46,532 bases of DNA from the UHGV virus genome UHGV-0212526; one strand, 5' to 3'. The stretch is from a virus. Both the position numbers and the translations under genes were made by a program. This document shows, in pieces, positions 1 through 8,503 of the stretch (positions are counted from its first letter, which is position 1; every line of letters starts with the position of its first letter). Below the pieces are notes generated by a model that was not told the origin of the DNA, searched no databases, and saw only the letters and a list, made by a program, of their open reading frames with translations.

Positions 1-113
1 GTGCCGCAGGCCACAACTGCATACCAATGTAAAAAATGGTGCTGTAATCTTTACATGGCTGCCAGGGTAATAAGTTTTAGAAATTGCCACCTTGTAATCC
101 TCCGATATCTCCC

Positions 114-374
114 TTATAATAAGGGTGTGTTGTTTTTTAGTTGTTGGACCTCTTCGCGGTTGCCGCCGCTGGGGTCCTTTTTTCTCCTTCGGAGCTCAAA
201 TAGATATTCCATCAGTTCTGCCACTTCCGTTGCTGTGTACAATGCATCCGGATCATATTTAGCGCACTCGCTTATATATCCGGTGACTCTTGGGAATGCC
301 GCTTCAAAGTCTTGGCACCCAGATTCCTTTATGCAATCCAACGCTGTCAGCTTCTTGACCATCTTTTTTCTCAA
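114..374 (-). CDS. hypothetical phage early protein (true start probably MVKKLTAL near 362)
   Basis: ORF track; same strand and spacing as neighbouring early genes; no recognisable domain. Confidence 0.3.
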   Translation of the reverse strand: MRKKMVKKLTALDCIKESGCQDFEAAFPRVTGYISECAKYDPDALYTATEVAELMEYLFELRRRKKDPSGGNREEVQQLKNNTPLL

Positions 375-389
375 TCATTTCACCTCCCC

Positions 390-653
390 TCAAATTACAC
401 CCATGGCCAGCGCCATGACCACGATAGCTACCATCCACATCCCCAGCAGCCAGATGACCGCCGGTACAATCCACTTAGCTGCCCTCATGATTGGGCCGTC
501 CCGGCGTCTCCTGCGGTGCCGCACCTCAATCACCCGCTCCCTACCCATGACATGGGTCAGTGCTATGGTAGCCGGTCCTACAAAATCCACACGCCAGCCG
601 GGATACTGGACCGCTACTTTGGCGCGGATGGCTAACTCAGTTACTTTTGTCAT
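390..653 (-). CDS. hypothetical small protein with hydrophobic C-terminus
   Basis: ORF track; GGAGGG RBS-like sequence upstream of ATG at 653; Arg-rich middle, hydrophobic tail. Confidence 0.35.
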   Translation of the reverse strand: MTKVTELAIRAKVAVQYPGWRVDFVGPATIALTHVMGRERVIEVRHRRRRRDGPIMRAAKWIVPAVIWLLGMWMVAIVVMALAMGVI

Positions 654-695
654 TGGCTTGTCCCTCCTTTCTACGCTTGTCCTCCATGGCCGCCC

Positions 696-916
696 TTAGG
701 CGGTCTTTCTCTTCCTCCGAAACCCCAGTGGAAGCATTAGATTGTCCTGCAGCGCATAGGCAATGCGCCGTTTTTCTTCATCAGTCAGTGATTCCATTGG
801 AACATCCTGGCCATCAATTTCTATGTATTTGAATACTTTCAATTTCTGCACTATCACCACCCCTCCCTGGTAGATTGTATGCGGTACCGGTTGTACTTGT
901 TTCCTTCCTCTCATAG
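696..916 (-). CDS. hypothetical protein (likely start MRGRKQ, overlapping stop of upstream gene)
   Basis: ORF 696..959; ATGA overlap with preceding ORF suggests translational coupling. Confidence 0.3.
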
Positions 917-1116
917 TCCTTGCACGGATACCACCGTGTCCGCTCCGGGCACTGGCCATGCCGGATTCTGAATAATCGAATTCCTCACAGTTAATATCGT
1001 GTCAGTATTCTTTCTAAGAGTTTCAGAATCAATGTCATTACGTTTGGAGTCCTCTGCAAGTAGTATCACCTGTTCGTAGAGGATTTCTTCTATTTCTGTA
1101 ATCTTACTAACAGCCA
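911..1116 (-). CDS. hypothetical phage early protein
   Basis: ORF 911..1126; AGGAGGTG RBS 6 nt upstream of ATG (MAVSKITEIEE...). Confidence 0.4.
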
Positions 1117-1150
1117 TTTCTCTCACCTCCTTTCCCAGTTGACATATTGT

Positions 1151-1975
1151 TTACACTGCCTCGCGATATACTACAGTACATGTTTTCTGATTGCCCTTAG
1201 AATCCACGTAAGGGATTCTGGCGGGATAAAAATTTTCTATCAGCCACAGTCTCACATCTTCCAATACGGTTGGCTTATACTGTACTGTCACATCTTCATG
1301 CCCATTCCGGCTGAACGCTGTGGTAACAATCTCACTGCTCGGAATATGCAGCTTTTTAATGATGGCACTTACGGCCTGATTGTGGGGCTTCCCGCTGGCA
1401 GAGTAGATACCAAGTTCCTTGGCTATCTCTGTACAGTCATAGAGCTTTGGCATGTCCTCTTTATCTGTAAGGAGCGGTGCTTTGACTTCATACCCTAAAT
1501 CTGTGTACAGCCGTTTTACCTCCGCTGCCACATATACCGGTTCTACCTTTGCCTTCTCCAAAGTGCTCATGACATTCTTCACCATCATATTGACGGAGGA
1601 AAGCGGCAGGCGTTTGGTCTTGTCCTGCTTCTCCTTCTTTGGCATCTCATAAGAACCGGTCTTGCGAAGGGATGGCAGGACTTCATCAAACACCCATGAT
1701 TCAAAGCGTTCTGCTGATTCCAGTTTACTATGGGTGATTAGGCGGTACATGTCTCCCTCGGGGATGACATTGACTTCTATCTGCTTCTCTGGGTTCTGTG
1801 GGTGAGGTATACCCTGTTTTAGGGTATACCGGCAATGCATCGCTACAGCATTGGCAGGTTTTTCATACCCCAGGGATTTTGCCACATCACTTGCTACAAA
1901 ATAAATCTTTCCTTCAATCTCTACAGTCCGTATCTGCCCGAACTCGGCATTGTTAAAAATTTTTAAATCGTTCAT
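1151..1975 (-). CDS. phage antirepressor, Bro-N / KilA-C domain family
   Basis: N-terminus NLKIFNNAEFGQIRTV..GKIYFVASDVAKSLGY is a typical Bro-N signature; sits downstream of Cro-like gene. Confidence 0.8.
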   Translation of the reverse strand: MNDLKIFNNAEFGQIRTVEIEGKIYFVASDVAKSLGYEKPANAVAMHCRYTLKQGIPHPQNPEKQIEVNVIPEGDMYRLITHSKLESAERFESWVFDEVLPSLRKTGSYEMPKKEKQDKTKRLPLSSVNMMVKNVMSTLEKAKVEPVYVAAEVKRLYTDLGYEVKAPLLTDKEDMPKLYDCTEIAKELGIYSASGKPHNQAVSAIIKKLHIPSSEIVTTAFSRNGHEDVTVQYKPTVLEDVRLWLIENFYPARIPYVDSKGNQKTCTVVYREAV

Positions 1976-2184
1976 GCGTCCTCCTCCTTTTCATCTGCAA
2001 AGTACTCCACCGGAACGCCGAAATACTTTGCCAGGATTAACAACTTGTCAAACTTTGGTTTACTACGGCCATTTTTCCAGTCAGTAAAAGTATTGGCGGG
2101 TATCCCGGTATCTTTTGATACCCTATAGGCCGTTAACCCACGCTGAAAAAGTAGTTCAGCAAATTTTTTATACACTTTTTTCAC
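1972..2184 (-). CDS. XRE-family HTH regulator (Cro-like)
   Basis: 70 aa; HTH segment LTAYRVSKDTGIPANTFTDWKNGRSKPKFDKLLILAKYFGV; divergent from and paralogous to the 2411..2836 repressor. Confidence 0.8.
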   Translation of the reverse strand: MKKVYKKFAELLFQRGLTAYRVSKDTGIPANTFTDWKNGRSKPKFDKLLILAKYFGVPVEYFADEKEEDA

Positions 2185-2410
2185 CTCCTATAAACATAAT
2201 ATTTTCATAAATAAATATTGAATTTAGTTCGGAAATGTGATATAGTTTAATTACCACATTAAACATTAGCATTTCCGAAACAATTATGAAAATCATTTTA
2301 TAGTTCGCTTTTATTTATGATTTCATAACCATGACTATACTATATCATGGGATTCATAACTAGTCAAGCGTTTTATTTATGATTTCATAAATATTTTTAG
2401 GAGGTATTTT
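2185..2410. promoter_or_regulatory. divergent switch region with repeated operator-like sites
   Basis: AT-rich 226-bp intergenic region between divergent XRE genes; TTTTATTTATGATTTCATAA at ~2309-2328 and ~2371-2390, inverted partial copy ~2204-2215; 10-bp inverted repeat TTCGGAAATG/CATTTCCGAA at ~2228-2237 / ~2270-2279. Confidence 0.5.
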
Positions 2411-2836
2411 ATGTACGAAATATTTGTGAAATTATTAGAAAAATATGGAGTAACCGCTTATAAAGTATCTAAAGCAACAGGAATAGCGGGGTCTACTTTT
2501 ACAGACTGGAAAACCGGAAGAAGTACTCCGAAACAAGACAAACTACAAAAAATTGCCGACTATTTTGGTGTAACTGTTGATTATCTGATGACGGGAAAAG
2601 AAGAGCCGGAAAAGAAAGAGATTACACTCACCCCAAAGGATGAACGAGATATTGCAAAGGATTTAAGTAATATTATGGAGAAGCTAAGAAAAGGTGAGGC
2701 CGGGCCTGCAAGTTTTGAGGGGGATGAAATACCAGAAGAAACACAAGAGCTATTTGCCCAGCAGTTGGACATCATGTTACACCATCTGAAGAAAATCAAT
2801 AAAGAAAAATACAACCCTTACAAGAACAAAAAGTAG
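2411..2836 (+). CDS. XRE-family HTH repressor (CI/ImmR-like)
   Basis: 141 aa; N-terminal HTH VTAYKVSKATGIAGSTFTDWKTGRSTPKQDKLQKIADYFGV; followed by ImmA-like protease gene; AGGAGG RBS. Confidence 0.8.
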   Translation: MYEIFVKLLEKYGVTAYKVSKATGIAGSTFTDWKTGRSTPKQDKLQKIADYFGVTVDYLMTGKEEPEKKEITLTPKDERDIAKDLSNIMEKLRKGEAGPASFEGDEIPEETQELFAQQLDIMLHHLKKINKEKYNPYKNKK

Positions 2837-2844
2837 GTGAGCAT

Positions 2845-3276
2845 ATGGGGGATAAAGAACGCATTAAGCGCCTTGTTGCTTATTATATAAGGCTTTGTGG
2901 TACAGCTGACCCTTTTAAAATTGCTCGACAATTAAAGATAGAAGTTCAGTTTGGCCCGTTGGGGGAATATGCGGGGTGCTATTTATTTGCAAAAAACCAC
3001 CGATGTATTTTTATCAATAATTGTATAGAGGGTCCAGAGTTACTCTTTGTTATGGCCCATGAGTTAGGACACGCAATTATGCACCGTAAACAGAATTGTT
3101 ACTTTTTGAGAAATTATACATATCTCAATTCACGCGTTGAAAGGGAAGCAAACCTCTTTTCGGCATTCATGGTTATAACTAATGATTTTATTACAGAGCA
3201 TTCAAACTATAGCAGTAATGATATAGCTGAATTATACGGTTGCGACTATTATACCGTTGAATCACGATTAAGATAG
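2845..3276 (+). CDS. ImmA/IrrE-family zinc metallopeptidase (anti-repressor protease)
   Basis: HEXXH motif (MAHELGHAIMH) in a ~140-aa protein immediately downstream of XRE repressor, the classic ImmR-ImmA arrangement. Confidence 0.8.
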   Translation: MGDKERIKRLVAYYIRLCGTADPFKIARQLKIEVQFGPLGEYAGCYLFAKNHRCIFINNCIEGPELLFVMAHELGHAIMHRKQNCYFLRNYTYLNSRVEREANLFSAFMVITNDFITEHSNYSSNDIAELYGCDYYTVESRLR

Positions 3277-3283
3277 GTGGCTT

Positions 3284-4186
3284 ATGGATAAAGACCTTAC
3301 GTTTGATGATATTTTTAAATACAAAAGCGTTTCTTTTAAAATAGCCGGAGTCGAATATGATATCATGAAAAAAGAGGACGTTGAAAAGATTCCGTGTTTG
3401 TCCGTAACTGCAAATGTATTTGGCAAAAATTATGGAATTGACTATATCTTAAGAAAAAACGCTATTCATATATATAAATCAAATGGGGATTACGAACTTG
3501 CTGGTACATGCATAAGAAAATCAAATGAAATCACATTAGCTGGATATGGTACGCAGGGTGAAGATGAAATTGAGCGCGAAAGACATTATAAAGAAAACCG
3601 TCAAAAAAAAGAATTAAGACAAAAAACAATGGTTGAAATAAACAATAATATTACTGTTGATGATATGGCAAAGTTTCCAAACTTACCGTTTGAGTTACGT
3701 TGGATATTAAATTTACAACATACAAATGGAATTGCATGGTTTTCGCTTAATAAAAACAATCAATATATTGCTCTTTCAGCAATTAACTACATTAATGATA
3801 TTTTTCAACAGGCCGATTCTTACCTGCCAGATGGAAATGATTTTTATATATGCACTGAAAATATATATTTTGACTATATAAAACCAATTTTATTGGATTC
3901 ACTTCCAGCTACCTATGTAGAATGTACGCCTTATACGGCGACACGTAAGAAAAACAAATATCCTATGGTTTTACATTTTTCTGAAGTTGAAGGAGAGCCA
4001 ATATTTTTAAATCGTTCCTCATATGGATCTATATTTTTTATGAGTGATGGAAACATAGGAAAGGCTGATATAACTATTGGATATAGTACCATTCAACTGC
4101 GCTTAGTCGGAATAAGTTTAATTGTCCGCCGTGTGGATAAATTGATTAACAATAATTATCAGAATATATTTAATTATGAAATTTAG
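3284..4186 (+). CDS. hypothetical 300-aa protein, AT-rich moron (no recognisable domain)
   Basis: Long ORF, start 8 nt after ImmA stop; composition much more AT-rich than flanking genes; no TM segments; charged linker EDEIERERHYKENRQKKELRQK between two halves. Confidence 0.6.
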   Translation: MDKDLTFDDIFKYKSVSFKIAGVEYDIMKKEDVEKIPCLSVTANVFGKNYGIDYILRKNAIHIYKSNGDYELAGTCIRKSNEITLAGYGTQGEDEIERERHYKENRQKKELRQKTMVEINNNITVDDMAKFPNLPFELRWILNLQHTNGIAWFSLNKNNQYIALSAINYINDIFQQADSYLPDGNDFYICTENIYFDYIKPILLDSLPATYVECTPYTATRKKNKYPMVLHFSEVEGEPIFLNRSSYGSIFFMSDGNIGKADITIGYSTIQLRLVGISLIVRRVDKLINNNYQNIFNYEI

Positions 4187-4189
4187 AAA

Positions 4190-4225
4190 GCAAAAAGCCC
4201 CTGTGCTACCAACACAGAAGCTTTT
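4190..4225 (+). terminator. possible hairpin terminator after the moron gene
   Basis: aaaagcccctgtgctaccaacacagaagctttt, imperfect stem flanked by A/T runs directly after stop. Confidence 0.3.
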
Positions 4226-4441
4226 CACATAGATTCTCTACCGGGTACGCCCAGAAGATATTCTTTTACCCAAAGAAATTATATCATTCCTGGAGCGTCC
4301 TGGCAAGGGGCGTATTTTTTATACCCTTTTTTCAAAGCTCACCAAAATCTTACAGGCTGTAATATGGGTTATAATATGGGCCGAAATGAGAATTGAAACG
4401 TCCTCCAAACTCATATACATGATAGGAACAGGAGATGATAT

Positions 4442-5903
4442 AATGCCAGCAACACCACTAGAAATCGGCGCCGCCTACGTTCGTGTCAGCACAGACGATC
4501 AGACGGAGCTGTCTCCGGATGCCCAGATACGCGTCATCATGGATGCTGCCAAGGCGGACGGTTTTATAATTCCCAAAGAATACATATTTATTGAGAAGAA
4601 AGGAATCTCCGGCCGCAAAGCAGACAACCGGCCAGAGTTCCAGCGCATGATAGCCATTGCCAAATCACAGAAGCCGGCCCCATTTAAGCGGCTCTATCTC
4701 TGGAAGTTCTCCCGGTTCGCCAGAAACCAGGAGGAAAGCACCTTCTACAAAGGCATTCTGAGAAAAAAATGTGATGTAGAAATTAAGAGCGTATCGGAAC
4801 CCATCATGGAAGGCATGTTTGGCCGGCTAATCGAAACTATAATAGAATGGTTTGACGAATATTATTCCATCAACCTCTCCGGCGAGGTGTTACGCGGTAT
4901 GACGGAAAAGGCCCTCCGTGAAGGCTACCAGGCCACCCCCTGCCTCGGCTACCGGGCTGTCGGGGAAGGCAAGCCTTTCGCCGTGGAAGAAAAATCATAT
5001 GCCATCGTTGAATATATTTTCCAGACCTACCATAGCGGGAAGGATATGACCGCCACGGCCAGGGCCGCCAATGCCAGAGGATACCGGACCCGCCGCGGCA
5101 ACCTATTCGACCGCCGGGGCATTAACCGGATTCTCGCCAACCGCTTTTATATTGGCGAGGTCATATGGAACGGGTATTCCTTCCAGGGCACCCACGAGGT
5201 ACGTTCCTCCGTCACCTCCCTATTTGACGATGTTCAGAAGCGGATTGAAAAGGAATACCGGCCCCAGAAACGCCGGGAGGTTTCCAACAATGTCCACTGG
5301 CTTTCCGGTCTGCTCAAATGCAGCATATGCGGCGGCAGCCTTGGCTACAATCGTTCCAATGACCAGAAGAAGCGGCCTGACTTCTTCCAGTGCTGGAAGT
5401 ATGCAAAGGGGATGCATCCGGGTTCCTGCTGCCTGGCCGTACACCTGGCGGAAAAAGCTGTGATTGAATCTCTAGAAGAAGTCCTTGAAACAAATGAACT
5501 GGAATATGAATACATCCAAAAAACCGATGATGCTGTAAACGCAGAAGAAATCGCCATTCAGGAGGCCCTTGCCCGCTTAGAAGTCAAGGAGCGGCGTATC
5601 AGGGAAGCTTACGAGAATGAAATTGACACCCTGGAGGAATATAAGCAGAATAAGCTCCGTCTGAAGGCTGAAAGGGAAGAACTCATGGCTGATGCCGAAA
5701 GACTCCGCAGGCAGGCTGAACAGTCTCCTGCCAAGGTTCCAAGCAAGGAAGATATCATGCGCCAGATTGCACATGTGCATGAGATTCTGGCAGACCCAAA
5801 TATCAGTTATGAGATAAAAGGAAATGCCCTCCGCAAGATAGTCAAAGAGATTGTTTTTGACCGCGGCAAAGGGCATTTACATATTCATTTTTATATATCA
5901 TAG
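4442..5903 (+). CDS. large serine recombinase (phage integrase)
   Basis: N-terminal resolvase catalytic region AAYVRVSTDDQ...S..Q, recombinase domain, Cys-rich zinc ribbon (CSICGG...C..C) and C-terminal coiled coil; ORF track 4386..5903, RBS favours the ATG at ~4442. Confidence 0.85.
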
Positions 5904-6202
5904 GTTATTGCAGTCCGGCCCACCGGATGTCAATAACATATGATTAGATTAAGCCCCTGGAATCATGGTTCCGGAGGCTTTTCTGGTTTTATTATAGCAT
6001 GGATGGAAGGCAATGTCAGTATGTTTTTGGAAATCTATTTGAACCAGGCCCTATGGATGCCGGTCTGCACCAAAAGAATCATTCCCCATTTATTTTCCCG
6101 CATTTTATGATACCTTTTGTAACTTTTTGTTGTCCCCCTTCCCTTGATAGTCCTCCTCCTAATAGTTACTTTTATAATGTAATAAGTTTTAGGAGGGCTA
6201 AC

Positions 6203-6544
6203 ATGAAATACGAAAGAGAAACCAGTAACCTGCTTCGACGGCTTGGCGTCAATAATTCCTACATAGGATTTCCCTATACTATCTATGGTGTAATCCGCTC
6301 AGTTCATGAACCGGACCTGCTTTCCTATATATCAAAAGGATTATACGTAGAAATTGCGGTTCGGTATAAAACATCTGTGGGATGTGTAGAACGCAATATA
6401 CGCACCATCATTAATACTATTTGGCTCCATGGAGACCGGAATCTTTTAAACCAGGTTTTCGGCTTTGAATTGGCACAAAAGCCGCGGAACGGTGCCTTTA
6501 TTGATGCGCTGGCTCATTATGTTGTACGCCATTATTATGATTGA
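6203..6544 (+). CDS. Spo0A C-terminal (DNA-binding) domain-like standalone protein
   Basis: 113 aa; alignable by eye with the Bacillus Spo0A effector domain (LLRRLGV..IGF.Y....I.......LL..ISKGLY..IA..YKTS...VER.IR..I...W......L...FG......P.N..FI..LA); AGGAGGG RBS; true start ATG ~6203 inside ORF 5999..6544. Confidence 0.75.
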   Translation: MKYERETSNLLRRLGVNNSYIGFPYTIYGVIRSVHEPDLLSYISKGLYVEIAVRYKTSVGCVERNIRTIINTIWLHGDRNLLNQVFGFELAQKPRNGAFIDALAHYVVRHYYD

Positions 6545-6552
6545 GGAAGTTA

Positions 6553-6573
6553 GGGCGCTATCGCAGCGCCCTT
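6553..6573. terminator. hairpin between convergent Spo0A-like gene and endolysin
   Basis: AGGGCGCT-atcgc-AGCGCCCT perfect 8-bp stem; weak U-tracts. Confidence 0.4.
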
Positions 6574-6580
6574 CGGTAAT

Positions 6581-7354
6581 CTACCAATTAAACACATACC
6601 GACGATTTATCATGTCGTATTCTTCTGCAATCCGGAGCACACCCCTGGCATCCGTAATCATGCACTTGCCCTCGTCGCTGCCCTTGACTGGGCAAAGTAA
6701 AAATGCCTCACCGGCAGGGTCCACCTGGTAGCCGGTCAGCATGTAGCCCTCGGAATCGAACAGATACCAACCACAAGTGCCGTCCGTGGCCTCCCGGAGC
6801 CAGTACCAGCCATTGGCCGCATAGCTGCCGTCTGTAAACTGATACCACCAGCGCTGGCCGTCTGCGGCCGGCTGAAAGCCCTGGGTGTATGTCACTGGGA
6901 CCGGGGTATAGTCGATGTCGCAGAGCTTGAGGACCTTCTGCCAGGGTGTGGCGGTCACTTTGGACTTGATGGTGCCGTAGTTGATGCCCTTGGCCTCAAT
7001 ACACCAACCATCACCTATGTACACCCCGATATGGCCCGGCTTCCAGAGCGCCCAGCCGACCATGGACTCGTCCAGATGGTCGATACCCACGCGCTCCGCT
7101 GCTGTGTCGTGGTAGTTGTAGCTGCCGCGGATGCGCCCGGTATACCAGCTGATGAGGCCGGAACAGTCCGTGCAGCGCTGGCCTATGTACTTGGCCGCCT
7201 TGGCTTTGTAGGTGGATGTGTATGTGCCTGGGTTCTCCCGGGCGAGGCGGTCAAGGATGGCCTGGGTAAGGACCTCACCCTTGGCGCCGTAAACGTAGGG
7301 TGTGCCCAGCTTGTCCTTGCAGTGCTGTATTAATCCTTCTGCTGTTTTACTCAT
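6581..7354 (-). CDS. endolysin: NlpC/P60-family peptidase with C-terminal cell-wall-binding repeats
   Basis: Conserved Cys (QRCTDCSGLISW) and His (GHIGVYIG) of NlpC/P60; C-terminal GW/Y repeats (GWYW..TDG.CGWYLFDSEGYMLTG) typical of CW_binding repeats; AGGAGG RBS before ATG ~7354 (ORF track 6581..7513 is the longer frame). Confidence 0.8.
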   Translation of the reverse strand: MSKTAEGLIQHCKDKLGTPYVYGAKGEVLTQAILDRLARENPGTYTSTYKAKAAKYIGQRCTDCSGLISWYTGRIRGSYNYHDTAAERVGIDHLDESMVGWALWKPGHIGVYIGDGWCIEAKGINYGTIKSKVTATPWQKVLKLCDIDYTPVPVTYTQGFQPAADGQRWWYQFTDGSYAANGWYWLREATDGTCGWYLFDSEGYMLTGYQVDPAGEAFLLCPVKGSDEGKCMITDARGVLRIAEEYDMINRRYVFNW

Positions 7355-7370
7355 AGTGTTTTCCTCCATC

Positions 7371-7402
7371 AAAAAAATAAGGCCCAGGGGCATCCCTGAG
7401 CC
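7371..7402 (-). terminator. intrinsic terminator-like hairpin plus U-tract just upstream of endolysin
   Basis: minus-strand ctCAGGGatgcCCCTGgg followed by ccTTATTTTTTT. Confidence 0.4.
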
Positions 7403-7410
7403 ATGAAAAG

Positions 7411-7440
7411 TTGTGACGTCACAAGTTGCGATATCGCAAC
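7411..7440. repeat. two abutting perfect palindromes TTGTGACGTCACAA and GTTGCGATATCGCAAC
   Basis: 14-bp and 16-bp perfect palindromes read directly in the sequence, in the 90-nt gap between the 79-aa ORF and endolysin. Confidence 0.5.
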
Positions 7441-7443
7441 AAA

Positions 7444-7683
7444 TTACTCCATACCCGGTCCGTGTTCCGGGTCCTGGTCGGAATTGTGCTTCGGGGTGTT
7501 GCTTGGCTGCCACTTCTCCTTATCGTCTGTAGGCTTCGGGTCGTGTGCCCTCGGGTCCTCCCTGCCAGTCCCCGGGCCATAGGGCGCTTTATGGGAGCAC
7601 TCCGTCAATGGACGCTTATTAGTCATCGGATTGTTGTTTACATGGTCATTCAGCTGCTGCTCTGTCATTTTTACTTCTGGCAT
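7444..7683 (-). CDS. hypothetical charged, Pro-rich 79-aa protein
   Basis: ORF with strong AGAAGGAGAG RBS; no TM segment. Confidence 0.4.
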   Translation of the reverse strand: MPEVKMTEQQLNDHVNNNPMTNKRPLTECSHKAPYGPGTGREDPRAHDPKPTDDKEKWQPSNTPKHNSDQDPEHGPGME

Positions 7684-7719
7684 AATCTTGCTCTCCTTCT
7701 ATGTAATGGTAAATGGTTA

Positions 7720-7980
7720 CTACTGCTTAAGCTGCTTGACAGCCTGGTTAATCCCGGTTGCAGCCAATCCGGATACAATTCCAATGGCCACCGCGTTGAT
7801 AACATCCTGGGCCGGGAAGTCCGGCATGGTATACATTCCTACCACTCCCAAGGCTGCCCCCGCCACTCCGCATACTACCGGGATAACCTCATTCCTAAGT
7901 CTGGCGGATGCTTTGCAGACCATCCCGGCCAGATAGCATATCACTGTAATCCCTGCCACACTCGCTATTCCAAAATCCAT
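7720..7980 (-). CDS. holin (small multi-TM lysis protein)
   Basis: 86 aa, two or three hydrophobic helices, charged C-terminus (KQLKQ); position just upstream of endolysin. Confidence 0.7.
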   Translation of the reverse strand: MDFGIASVAGITVICYLAGMVCKASARLRNEVIPVVCGVAGAALGVVGMYTMPDFPAQDVINAVAIGIVSGLAATGINQAVKQLKQ

Positions 7981-7983
7981 ATC

Positions 7984-8325
7984 CTACTCCTCTCTTTCTG
8001 CCGGCTCCTCCGGCATCTTCATAAGTTTGTCCTTAAGCTCTGTTGCCACATCATTGCCACCCAGGACATGGTATGCGTCATACATCCGCTTAACATTTTC
8101 TTTGCCATATATAGGGCAGTAACCCCTGTCCTGATAATGATTGTAGGCCTGTATGATACGGTCCCTCAAAAGTGCCTGCATACCATCGTGAAGTGCGGCA
8201 TTTTTCCGGCTCTCCTCCTTCTGCCGTTTTGCCATCTGCCGGTAACATAAGCCTAAAAAGGTGGATATGGCCACAAACAGCCACTCCACCCAATGGACAA
8301 CTATGTACTGTATTATCTCGCCCAT
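7984..8325 (-). CDS. membrane-anchored lysis-cassette protein (possibly XhlA-like)
   Basis: 113 aa, single N-terminal TM helix then charged domain; abuts holin gene. Confidence 0.5.
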   Translation of the reverse strand: MGEIIQYIVVHWVEWLFVAISTFLGLCYRQMAKRQKEESRKNAALHDGMQALLRDRIIQAYNHYQDRGYCPIYGKENVKRMYDAYHVLGGNDVATELKDKLMKMPEEPAEREE

Positions 8326-8334
8326 GATGTCTCC

Positions 8335-8463
8335 TTACTCAGTAATCAGTTCTTCACACTCCAGGTCAACCAGTACCTGGCGCACCTGGTCCTTAATTTT
8401 ATCCGGGACCTGTCCGAATGTTTTCCTCCCCTTCACAATCAGGGTCGCATAGATGACTGCCAT
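8335..8463 (-). CDS. XkdX-like small phage protein (42 aa)
   Basis: Unlisted small ORF MAVIYATLIVKGRKTFGQVPDKIKDQVRQVLVDLECEELITE with GGAGGTGG RBS; matches the ~40-aa XkdX pattern (I..G.KT...VP..L...V...L). Confidence 0.5.
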   Translation of the reverse strand: MAVIYATLIVKGRKTFGQVPDKIKDQVRQVLVDLECEELITE

Positions 8464-8503
8464 GGTATCCACCTCCTTCCTCAATAATAAAAAGAGCAGC
8501 AGC

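Noticed and set aside
1-699. Plus-strand ORF 1..699 (232 aa)
   Set aside because: Low-complexity product, GTG start, runs antisense across three well-supported minus-strand early genes with RBSs. Treated as a shadow frame.
5904-6202. Prophage-host junction (attL/attR) next to the integrase
   Set aside because: Phage genes continue on both sides (moron and immunity genes on one side, Spo0A-like and lysis genes on the other). No host-like gene or duplicated core found, so no integration junction is called in this window.
7426-8250. Plus-strand ORF 7426..8250 (274 aa)
   Set aside because: Overlaps the holin, the 113-aa membrane protein and the 79-aa ORF in antisense. Cys/Leu-rich low-complexity product.
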